Of a stretch of 64,000 bases of DNA, positions 40,601 to 52,742 are shown piece after piece (the first letter of the stretch is position 1; each line of letters opens with the position of its first letter). Below the pieces are notes generated by a model that saw only the letters and a program-made list of their open reading frames with translations, searched no databases and was not told the origin of the DNA. Where the stretch lies: the NCBI GenBank assembly GCA_951406725.2, contig OX597835.1:39494001-39558000 (forward strand). Reading direction: 5' to 3'. The stretch comes from Octopus vulgaris (lineage: Eukaryota). The position numbers and the translations under genes were made by a program.

Positions 40601-42179
40601 TTCACAAAGAGAGAACGAAACAGAATGTGTGCGGTGTTGTGTATAGAGAAGTGGAAGACTATGACGAAGACGGAGTAATTCAAGAGAGAGAGAGAGAGCG
40701 AGAAAGGGGAGAGGAGTGAGAGTGAGTAAAAAGCAGAGAGAGTGAAAATGGCGGAAATTGAGCAAGAATACGAATGAGACATAATGTATGCGCATTTGTC
40801 AGTGCATTTGTGTGTGTATATATTTGTGTATGAATGTGTGAGTGTGTATAACTGTCTGTATACATATGCATGTGTGTGTATATCTGCGCATGTTTGTCTT
40901 TATGTGTATGTTTGTGTATGAGTGTGTGAGAGCGTGAATGTGTGACTGTATGTGGCTGTAAGGTAATATTAGCTCAATCCATCATTTAGTCTTGAAGTCT
41001 CGATTGTTTTTATCAATTATCAGCCACCATTTTCCCTCCATGCATAATAGGGACTTGATATAGTCACCTCACACTACACAGCACCTCTTAACACCACATC
41101 ACACCGTTGCACTATACTGCATCACACTGCATCATACTGCACCACACGACACAACACTACACTATGTCACGCTACCCAAAACCACACACACCACTCCAGG
41201 CTACACACCCCACATACCACTCCACACACCGCTCCACGCTAGCACATCCCCTCACAATACACCAACACTACACCACACCATACTAGGAGCCATATGACGA
41301 AGCCCCTACGTGATCGCTCGAATTGCTAGAAATGGCAACTACAACCACAACTCCCTCAAATCACTTCCTACTGTTTTAGATAAAAAATTCTTTTTTGTTA
41401 AACCCAAGGATTCAAAAGGCCGGTTGCTCGATTTCTATGGCATATAAGTGGCCGAAATCACATTTCCACTGAATGGGACGCCGATCCGTTACAGGGCTAA
41501 AAGCCGAGCAATTTCGAAACGTGAGGAGAGGTCAAGTTGATTACATCTACCCCAATACATGACCGGTACTTTATTTCATCGAACGCGAAAGGATTAAAGG
41601 TGAAGTTCGCTGCAACTGACGGTAAATTTGGACATTCTCGGATATTAAGAGTGTTATTTACATCGTCCTCGGTTTCAGAAGCGCGATTGCAGTTTAGGGA
41701 GTCAGCTCGTACCCTTTTTTATCCAAGTCAATTCTGGTTAGGTAGTCAGATCTATAATCAGAATTGCTGCAGTCCATCCACCGCCTTCATGTTTTATATT
41801 CAAGCAGAACACATCGTGGACTACATTACCATGTGTGTTCTTTCTTTTAAAAACATACAGTAATATTTGAGGGTAATTTGGTAGCTATTTCTTTGGTATT
41901 AGTAAAAAAATATCCCTGACACTCTGTTTTATGAATTTTGTCAGCCTGTTTCAGCTGAGCCCCTTCTTTCCCAACACTAAAAAAAGGAAGTCACAAGTAA
42001 GGCTTCTAACTGAAGTTAAATTGTTTACACTATACGGAGTCGAACCTACGAAGCAGAATTCACTTTGCCTTGCTTTAGTTAGTAACTTCCAAACACAAAG
42101 TCTCACTCTTCGGTTCATCAATTTGCCGAAACGACCACCGCCAACGACAATAAATGACAATAAGCAAACCATCATCACA

Positions 42180-42932
42180 AAGCACCGTCGTCATCACCAT
42201 CATCACCACCATCATAATCATCATCATCATCATCATCATCATCTTCTTCTTCTTCTTCTTCTTCTTCTTCTTCTTCTTCTTCTTCTTCTTCTTCTTCTTC
42301 TTCTTCATCACCATCATCACCATCATCATAATCATCATCATCATCATCATTATCATCGTCACCATCATCATCATCATCATCATCATCATCCTTATCATCA
42401 TTATCATCACCATCATCGTTCTCATTATCCTCATCACCACCACCACCACAATCATCATCACCACCACCATCATCATCATCTTCATCATCACCATCATCAC
42501 CACAACCATCATCATCATCATCATCGTCATCGTCATCATCATCGTCAGTAACACGAGTGGCTCTACAACCACCAGCACACCGTTACCGTCTCCAATACCT
42601 TACGTTAGCAACACCACCACCACCACCAATACTACCCTAATCCCAACCTAGAAGCAAACACTACACCACTCCAACACCATCACTACCAGCACTGTCACCA
42701 CCACCACCACCACCAACGACAACAACAACAACAGCACTACATACAATATCATCATCACCATCAGCGCCAATATGACCATCACCACCTATACTAGTAGCAT
42801 CACCACTACCACCACAACTACAAACAACACCATACCACAACTAGCACCACCACCACCACCACCTACTCTAATATTACCACCACCAGCACATTACACAAAC
42901 ACAATCACCACTATTGCAGACACCACTGCCAA

Positions 42933-42982
<50 letters not shown>

Positions 42983-43000
42983 TTACCATCATCGCACCAC
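42180..43000. repeat. (CAT)n/(CTT)n/(CAC)n/(ACT)n trinucleotide field
   Basis: Direct reading; source of the poly-H, poly-K and poly-T ORFs. Confidence 0.95.
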
Positions 43001-43298
43001 CACTACTACCTCCACCACTATCAACATCATCACTCTCCCACCTGCTCCATTCGTTGATTCTCATCTGTTACAATCTAAAATACTTTATCACACCCACTCC
43101 ATCAAAATATCAATTGTATACATATTCACCTACCACACCACATCTCCCTCTCTCTCACTCCTTCTTTCTCTCTCTCTCTCTATCTATCTACCTCTTTCTC
43201 GCTCTCTTCTTTCCTTTTCTTTCCTCATCTGATGAAGCAATGCACCACCATACATCAGGGGCTCCCAACCACTTTCTTTTTATGGTCCGCTTTGATTA

Positions 43299-43810
43299 CC
43301 GTAAATCCTCGAGTATAGGCGTAGGAGTGGCTGTGTGGTAAGTAGCTTGCTTACCAACCACATGGTTCCGGGTTCAGGACCACTGCGTGGCATCTTGGGC
43401 AAGTGTCTTCTGCTATAGCCTCGGGCCGACCAAAGCCTTGTGAGTGGATTTGGTAGACGGAAACTGAAAGAAGCCTGTCGTATATATGTATATATATAAG
43501 TGTGTGTATGTGTTTGTCTCCCTAGCATTGCTTGACAACCGATGCTGGTGTGTTTACGTCCCCGTCACTTAGCGGTTCGGCAAATGAGACCAATAGAATA
43601 AGTACAGGGCTTACAAAGAATAAGTCCCGGGGTCGATTTGCTCGACTAAAGGCGGTGCTCCAGCATGGCCGCAGTCAAATGACTGAAACAAGAAAAAGAG
43701 TAAAGAGAGAGAGAGTGTAGTCTGCTTTTGAGTATAATACGCAGGGGATTTTTCGGGGGCTGTACCGCTGAAAAACCTAAACCTTGTGTATAATGCGCAC
43801 CCTTCTCTAA
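43299..43810 (+). mobile_element. Probable pogo/Tc2-like DNA transposon 5' end interrupted by a SINE A (43318-43705)
   Basis: TA|ccgtaaatcctcgagtata, then the SINE, then gtctgcttttgagtataatacgcagg...gtataatgcgcaccc. The SINE itself is clear; the transposon family is from recall. Confidence 0.5.
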
Positions 43811-44693
43811 CTTGAGTCAAGGAGGTCTATATAACGTCCTTGGTTTGTAAAAATGTATACGGTAACGTCCTTTATTATTATTGGATATAGAACATAATGT
43901 AAATGTGTAGCTTTTTTGTGCATTTTGTTTGCAGAAAATAAAGAAATAAAGAAATAACAGTAAACACGTTTAATAAATGTTGCTTACGGCAAGTTATGGA
44001 TGATTCTTTTATGACTTCATTGCTTTCAGGCTTAGCTTAAGGTATTTTTGCGACCGACATCAGAAAAGGCGTCTGAATAAAACATTGCCGGACAGCAAAT
44101 AGAGACTCTGACATTGCTTAGAAAATATCTATCATTTTTAACCTCGTGTATAGTACGCACTAGGGATTTTGACCTTTAAATTTGGGAGGGAGGAATGCAG
44201 ATTATACTCGAGGATTTACGGTACTGCTTTATTCTGGTAGACTCTTTATCGCCATTCGATGCCTAAAAACTAGTTTTATAGAATCTTCTTTCAAAATTCC
44301 TATTTTGTTTTTCACACGTAAACCTGTGTAGGTTGAACAGAGAAATAAACTGGGCTGTTTCTTGCAATAAATAACAATACAGGCATCAAAAGCAAAACTT
44401 TTTTTAGGGCCCTTAAACTGTTATGCTGGAACCCTAATTTATTATTTTGTTATGTAGACCCCAAAAATCTTATATGGGCCTTCAGGAGCCATATGGACCC
44501 CGGTTGAGAGCTGTTGCTCGGCATGGTCTTTCAGACGAAGGGATATAACGCTCGAATCTCTTTCGTTTAACGCCATTGCTTATAAATTGTAGACGGTGGT
44601 CTTATATTCCTTGCATATACGCTGGACAGGGAGAGAGAGATGGGCACCTATATGGATAGGCAAAAAGACAGGACAATAGATAGATAGATAGAC

Positions 44694-44800
<107 letters not shown>

Positions 44801-44916
44801 CAAACAGACAGACAGATGGTTTGCTGGCTGGCTGGCTGGTTGGCTGCATGGATGGATGGATGGATGGATAGATGGATGGATGGATGGATAGACAGATAGG
44901 CTGACAGGCAGGCATG

Positions 44917-45032
<116 letters not shown>

Positions 45033-45316
45033 CAGAAAGATAAATAGCTTTTTTTTTAAATATATACGAAAATGGCGGCCATATAGAGCAGAAATAAAGG
45101 TGTCAAAAAGACAAGAGCAGATAATCTTTCATCGAGTGTGGGTTGGGGGATGAACGAACGAATTGTTAATGGTGTGAACGAGACCAGAGTTAGAGACTTG
45201 ATATTACACGCAGCACCTTGTTTCGGATTGAACACCTGATCACAGTTTTTTTTTTTCCATAGAAGATTCGACAGAACGTCGCTTAGAATTGTTGTTGTAG
45301 TCGTTGTTGTTATTGT

Positions 45317-45373
<57 letters not shown>

Positions 45374-45419
45374 CGATGACGATGATGGTGATGGTGCTGG
45401 TGGTGGTGGTGGTGGTGGC

Positions 45420-45453
<34 letters not shown>

Positions 45454-45489
45454 TCGCCTAATGTTGTTCTTGTTCTTCTTCCAGTCAGG

Positions 45490-45900
45490 ACTCACGCCAT
45501 TAGCCACACTAATTCGAGCCTCCTCTAAGCTACTAAGAATGCGTGTGGCAACTTGAAGATCCACCCACCATACGCGTTAGACTGGCGGTTGCCCGGGCGC
45601 GAAAGCTACGTTGTTATCCTCATTCAGTAAACGGTGGCTTTTAACGGGTGGAGAGCTGAACCATCCTGGGGTACAGAGATTTCTCAATCTAGACTATGGT
45701 CTGAAAGTTTACCACACCATAGTTGGTTACACCATGGTTCCTCTGCTTTGTGACAGAAGTAGGAAGAAAGAGTGAGAGAAAGTTGTGGTGAATGAGTACA
45801 GCGGGGTTCACTACCCACCCCTCCGCTGGAGCCTCGTGGAGCTTAGGTGTTTTTGCTCCTACGCAACCGCTGAGCCTGGATACGCATTCATCCATCCGTC
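45490..45900 (-). mobile_element. SINE family D body (shared with 61410-61710) with a different 3' tail
   Basis: Minus-strand aaacacctaagctccacgaggctc...ccacaactttctctcactctttcttcct matches aaacacttaagctccacgcggctc...ccacaactttctctcactctttcctcct at about 61505-61590. Confidence 0.7.
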
Positions 45901-46301
45901 GATGCTCTCGGTGTCGGAGGTTGCCCTGCTTTCTCTTCTGCGGGTCTTACGAATAGCAAAGGACCACGTTTCGGACTTCTCCCAAGAGGACGAAGACCGC
46001 TTCGCTCAACAGCAGCAACAGCAGTAGAACCAGCAAAGTACTTTATAAAAATCTTCGTTCCAGTACGTAGTTCTGTAAGGCTCAATTCCATTGAGGTTGA
46101 TTGTTGCTTATATATTTTTGCTTTTTTCTTTCGTCTCAGGGGATAAAATAAGGAACCAATTCATGTTGAGGGCTTCGGATTTTGTAACCCAATGGTTCCC
46201 ATGTTAATATTCGGGCCAGATCCAAAACCTGGATTGTTTTAGGAGGTCGCACCGAAAAGCTAAAACACAAGTCAGTTAAAGTAAAAATGTATTATATTTA
46301 T

Positions 46302-46462
46302 AGAGGCACCGGAGTAGCTGTGTTGTAAATAGATTTCTTACCAACCACATTGTTCCGGATTCAGTCCTACTGCGTGGTACCTTGGGCAAGTGTAGCCTCT
46401 CCCGACAAAAGCCTTATAAGAGGATTCGGTAGACAGAAACTGAAAGAAGCCTGTCGTGTTTA

Positions 46463-46522
<60 letters not shown>

Positions 46523-46523
46523 G

Positions 46524-46564
<41 letters not shown>

Positions 46565-46708
46565 AGAAAATAAAAACGGAAAATACGCACACTTACATGG
46601 TTATTGTATAACTTTTTATGTATGACCGGTTTCGCAATCGCTATTCATGATGCAATGTTTAATTTATATGAAAATATATTTGTCTTAAGAAGAATATATA
46701 TATATGTG

Positions 46709-46761
<53 letters not shown>

Positions 46762-46930
46762 TTCTGTGAATGTGTTTTTCCTCCCACCATCGCTTGACAT
46801 CCGATGTTGGTGCGTTTACGTCCCCGTAACTTAACTAGGCTTACAAAGAATAAGTCCTGGGGTCGATTTCCTCGACTAAAGACAGTGCTCCAACATGGTC
46901 GCAGTCAAATGCCTAAAACAAGTAAACGAG
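46302..46930 (+). mobile_element. SINE family A split by an insert of about 160 bp (46562-46720) in its (TA)n tract
   Basis: 5' half at 46302-46560 and 3' half at 46740-46930. Confidence 0.85.
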
Positions 46931-47894
46931 TAGAAGAACAAAAGAATAGAGTAAAAGAACAGAAGAAGAATAAAAGAATAAAAGAACGTCGTGGGCCGCC
47001 GCGGTTGAGGACCGATGCTTTAGACTATATCTTACCTTCTAAACCCCAAGATATGGATCTATGTTAGGAACCGATATTTTTTTCCTATTAGGAATTGATA
47101 GAGATGAAGCAGGAATTGGTGCTGCAAGATAAGACACACAGAATATAGTTTGCAGAATAGGAATCTAAGAGGCAGAGTTATAATGCCAAAAATGGTGGAT
47201 TATATAATTTGATGTTTTCGTCTAAAATTCGTTATGAAACGAACAAAACGGATTGTATTGCATGAAAATAGAAGTATTATATATAACGTGCATGAGTATG
47301 CATTTATGTGTAGATATGTGTGGGGTGGGTAGACAGAAAGAAAGAAAGAAAGAAAGAAAGACAGAAAGGAGGGAAGGAAAGAAAGAAAGACAGAAAGAAA
47401 GACAGAAAGACATAAAAGGAGAGAGAGGTTTGTAAAATATATTCATTTTTGCGTGTGATTATCAAAATCTAGGATGTGTGTCTGTGTGCGTGTGTGTATG
47501 CTTGTGTATGTGTCTGTATGCGTGTGTGTATGCTTGTGTATGTGTGTGTGTGCGCGTGTGTATGCTTGTGTATGTGTGGGGGGGAGCAGCCTGCAAAATT
47601 CTTTTTAATGCACTAAAATTTTTTTAGAAAATCGGAATTATTTTTCTCGTAAGCCAATATTTGTATATATCTGTATATGTGTGTGCGTGTGTGTTACGTA
47701 TATATGTATATACGTATGAATGTATGTATGCTTGGATGTATGTGGAGTGTATAGCTTAGACGTCACTCGCAAGCGAGTACTACCAGCTTGATATCGTCAC
47801 GCTTTCTCTTCTGTTTTAAGTACTTACATGTGAGTGTGTCTGTGTGTATATGAATATCTACGTATTTGTTTATTTATCTACATAATATTTGCGG

Positions 47895-48345
47895 TTTGAT
47901 AAATAGATATCGATAAGTGCCGGTGGCACGTAAAATACACCAATCCAACCGTACGACAGGCACCCATGCCAACCCCCTTTGCTTGCGAAGACATGTTGGG
48001 CAAGCGAAATCGAAATCGAATTGAACCAGCCAGGATCCCTGGTCTGGTGGTACGTAAAAAGCACTATCCGACTCGTGGCCGATGCCAGCGCCGCCTCGAC
48101 TGGCTTCCGTGCCGATGGCACATAAAATACACCAATCCGACCGTGGCCGTTGCCGGCCTCGCCTGGCACCTGTGCAGGTGGCACGTAAAAAGCACCCACT
48201 ACGCTCACGGAGTGGTTGGCGTTAGGAAGGGCATCCAGCTGTAGAAACATTGCCAGATAAGACTGGAGCCTGGTGCAGCCTTCTGGCTTCCCAGATCCCC
48301 GGTCGAACCGTCCAACCCATGCTAGCATGGAGAACGGACGTTAAA
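47895..48345 (+). mobile_element. SINE family E with repeated internal modules and a (GAT)n tail
   Basis: Four gtggcacgtaaaaagcacc-like modules, then gtggttggcgttaggaagggcatccagc and ggacgttaaac(gat)n. Confidence 0.8.
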
Positions 48346-48346
48346 C

Positions 48347-48397
<51 letters not shown>

Positions 48398-48953
48398 GTA
48401 TTAGATCGTACTATGTATGTGCTGCAGTTGATATGATCGACTTAGACACGCTAGAACGGTGCCCCAGCATGGCCGCAATGCAATGACTGAAGAAAGTAAA
48501 ATAATTATCCAACCAGAGTGGGTTATACTCTAAAGGCCACAGCAAAGGCAACTATCGCTATGAAGGAAAAAGAGAATTCTAATTGCGAAGCCTGATGTAT
48601 GATATTCTTTTCAGTTTGTAGATAACATTTGTACCAACTTTCTGCTTTCGACATTTCTCACGAGTGCAGCTAGTCCTAAAGAAGCCTTCAACATTGAAAG
48701 CGAATCATATGTGTAGCAGATCTAACAGCGAATGTTGTTTGAATGAATGTGTGTCTGTCTTTATGCATGTTTGAACGTATGTATGTATGTATGTATGTAT
48801 GTATGCATGTATGTATGTGTATGGATGTATGTATATATGCATGCAAGTGGGTATGTATGCGTGTGTATGTATGTATATATGCATGTAAGTGTGTATGTAT
48901 GTGTGTATAGATGTATGTGTGTATGTATGTATATATGTATGCATGTGTGTATG

Positions 48954-49009
<56 letters not shown>

Positions 49010-49283
49010 TATATATATATGTATATATGCATATATATATATACCTATACACACAAATATACATACGTATGCATACAGACACGCATACACACATGTACAT
49101 TCACACTCACATATATGTATACCTTTCACACAAACCTCATTGACACTCATTTCTTAAACATACTCTTTATATCTACACTGCATCATCTCTCTCTCTTTTT
49201 CTCTCTCTCTCTTTCACGTTCTGGAATTTTTAGAACTCTTGGCAACTCACAAAAAAGGGGAGATTGGAAGAGAAACTAAACAA

Positions 49284-49450
49284 GGCGCAGGAGTGGCTGT
49301 GTGGTAAGTAGCTTGCTAACCAACCACATGGCTCCGGGTTCAGTCCCACTGCGTGGCATCTTGGGCAAGTGTCTTCTGCTATAGCGCCGGGCCGACCAAT
49401 GCCTTGTGAGTGGATTTGGTAGACGGAAACTGAAAGAAGCCTGTCGTATA

Positions 49451-49503
<53 letters not shown>

Positions 49504-49692
49504 TTGTCCCTCTAGCATTGCTTGACAACCGATGCTGGTGTGTTTACGTCCCCGTCACTTAGCGGTTCGGCAAAAGAGACCAATAGAATAAGTACTGGGC
49601 TTACAAAGAATAAGTCCCGGGGTCGATTTGCTCGACTAAAGGCGGTGCTCCAGCATGGCCGCAGTCAAATGACTGAAACAATTAAAAGAGAG
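49284..49692 (+). mobile_element. SINE family A, well-preserved full-length copy
   Basis: ggcgcaggagtggctgtgtggtaag through gactgaaacaattaaaagag. Confidence 0.95.
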
Positions 49693-49908
49693 TAACAACA
49701 ACTACAACCACAACAATAAATATAAAACGACTTATAACAGCAACAACACGAAAGAAGATTTGAGTAAAGAAGAAACAACATAAGCAGGAACAGAAATAAT
49801 AACGAACAGATATAGACAATGAACATGGCGTCTAAACGTGTGTAAGGATATATATATATAGAGAGAAGGAGCGAGAGAGAGGGGGTGAGAGAGAGAGAGA
49901 TACACATA

Positions 49909-50064
49909 CAGGCGTAGCTATGTGGTAAGAAGCTTGCTACCCAACCGGGTTCAGTCCCACTGCATGGAAAATTGGACCACTGTCTTCTACTACAGCTTTG
50001 GGCTGACTAAAGCTTTGTGAGTGACTTTAGTAGACGGAAACTGAAAGAAGCCTGTCGTGTGTAC

Positions 50065-50112
<48 letters not shown>

Positions 50113-50170
50113 GTATGTTTGTGTGTTTATATGCATGTATATAAACTGAAAGCCTGTCGTGTGCATGTGT
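49909..50170 (+). mobile_element. SINE family A, 5' half ending in (TA)n, with a local duplication of aactgaaa...gcctgtcgtgtg
   Basis: The motif occurs at about 50038 and 50144; no 3' half is visible before the PLE-like insert. Confidence 0.8.
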
Positions 50171-50189
50171 ATATATATATATATATATA

Positions 50190-50500
50190 TAACGGGAAGC
50201 TTTATGAAAATAGACAAAAGACGAAGGCAGGTGGGAAACAAACAAACAATTGTATTAGTATGGCGCTCAGGAAATATAAATAAAACAAGTCTTTAACGTT
50301 TCGAGCCTACGCTCTTCAGCAGAAATATACACAGAGAGAAAAAAAACACAGAAAGAAGGAGAGAAAAAAAAATGCGTGCAGTAACTAACGAATCAACATG
50401 GCGATCTGATTTCGGTCAGAGGTCAAAGATCAAACATGAGATGCGAGAGCGAAATAAGGGGAGATAATAGGGTTGATAATAGGGTTGAATGACCAGCTAT
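50190..50500 (-). mobile_element. Penelope-like terminal fragment carrying a hammerhead-like motif at 50291-50326
   Basis: Homologous to 25130-25265 and abuts (TA)n at 50170-50190. Confidence 0.6.
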
Positions 50501-50582
50501 TAGTGCGTAGGAGAGGTCTGGACGTGTGTATGTATAGGGTTGGTGTATGTATTAGTATGTATTAGTATGTATTAGTATGTAT

Positions 50583-50619
<37 letters not shown>

Positions 50620-50852
50620 AGAGAGTATTAGTGCGTATGATAGGTCTGGACGTGCGTATGTATGGGGTTGGTGTATGTATTAGTATGTATTAGTATGTAT
50701 TAGTACGTATTAGTATGTATAAGTGTGTGTGTGTGTGTATGAGAGAGTATAAGTGCGTATGAGAGGTCTGGACGTCTGTATGTATAGGGTTGGTGTATGT
50801 ATTAGTATGTATTAGTATGTATTAGTACGTATTAGTATGTATTAGTATGTAT

Positions 50853-50887
<35 letters not shown>

Positions 50888-51135
50888 AGAGAGTATTAGT
50901 GCGTATGATAGGTCTGGACGTGCGTATGTATGGGGTTGGTGTATGTATTAGTATGTATTAGTATGTATTAGTACGTATTAGTATGTATAAGTGTGTGTGT
51001 GTGTGTATGAGAGAGTATAAGTGCGTATGAGAGGTCTGGACGTCTGTATGTATAGGGTTGGTGTATGTATTAGTATGTATTAGTATGTATTAGTACGTAT
51101 TAGTATGTATTAGTTGGTGTATGTATTAGTATGGC
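50498..51135. repeat. Minisatellite of about 5 units of 120-145 bp with a nested 10-bp GTATTAGTAT repeat
   Basis: aggtctggacgt recurs five times; units 2 and 4 match each other, and units 3 and 5 share diagnostic bases. Confidence 0.92.
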
Positions 51136-51308
51136 ACATCATATATGATGTGATGTGTAAAGTCGTGTGGTGTAGTGTGGAGAGAGGAGAAGAGGGGGAG
51201 GGGGAGAAGAGGGGGGAGGAGGGGGAGAAGAGGGGGAGGAGAGGGGGAGGAGAGGGGGGAATATATATATATACATATATGGGTATGTATATATTCATAC
51301 ACACATAC

Positions 51309-51358
<50 letters not shown>

Positions 51359-51534
51359 GTATATTATATATACACACACACATATAAACTTATAAACAAA
51401 TTTATTCGTTGGAGTACATTTATATATATTCATATACATGCACGCTTGCATATGTTTATATATAGATAGATATAGAAGGATGTTTACACATATTTATTCA
51501 CACATACATATGTATATATGTCAATAAACGAAAC

Positions 51535-52105
<571 letters not shown>

Positions 52106-52358
52106 CCATGCCGTGTTCATTGGGCATTGCGTGACAATACGTGGCAAATACGATAGCAATATGAAGCAATGTGTGATAACGTGTGTGTTTTCTGCCATAA
52201 AACATGGTAAGTGTCTGTTTAGGGAGAGGACAAAGCTGTGAAATAGTACCAGATTAACACCAGCGAGGTGTGAAGTGTTTCGCATCTCAGGGCCGCATCC
52301 ACGCTAACAACAAATCCGTCCCTACAAATATAATGCGTAGATATGTGTCTGTGTTCAC

Positions 52359-52408
<50 letters not shown>

Positions 52409-52596
52409 TGAGTGTGTGTGTGTGTGGGCGTGTGTGTGTCAGCACACATATACATATAGGCATATGCGCATACGTTCGTACATATATATATATATATATA
52501 GATAGAGAGAGAGAGAGAGAGAGAGAAGAAAGAGAGAGCGAGCGAGAGAGAGATTGAGATTGTAAGACAGTGAGAGTAAAAGTATCTACTCATACG

Positions 52597-52643
<47 letters not shown>

Positions 52644-52680
52644 TCGTATGTATGCATGAGTATATGTATGTATGTGTGTG

Positions 52681-52742
<62 letters not shown>

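Noticed and set aside
43226-43250. CTGATGAAGC-AAT-GC half-hammerhead (similar halves at 61250-61280 minus, 29400-29415 minus and 59920-59955)
   Set aside because: GAAA and the stem I/III elements are missing or unpaired.
45069-45080. YY1-like AAAATGGCGGCC (also near 40745) as a promoter mark
   Set aside because: A single short motif without a CpG island or other promoter evidence.
45234-45300. Textbook branch point, polypyrimidine tract and AG at 45261-45262
   Set aside because: The downstream sequence runs into stops or (GAT)n with no donor; probably a poly-T tail.
50498-51135. Regularly spaced repeats as a possible CRISPR array
   Set aside because: The context is eukaryotic, the intervening sequences are themselves repeated rather than unique spacers, and no cas genes are present.
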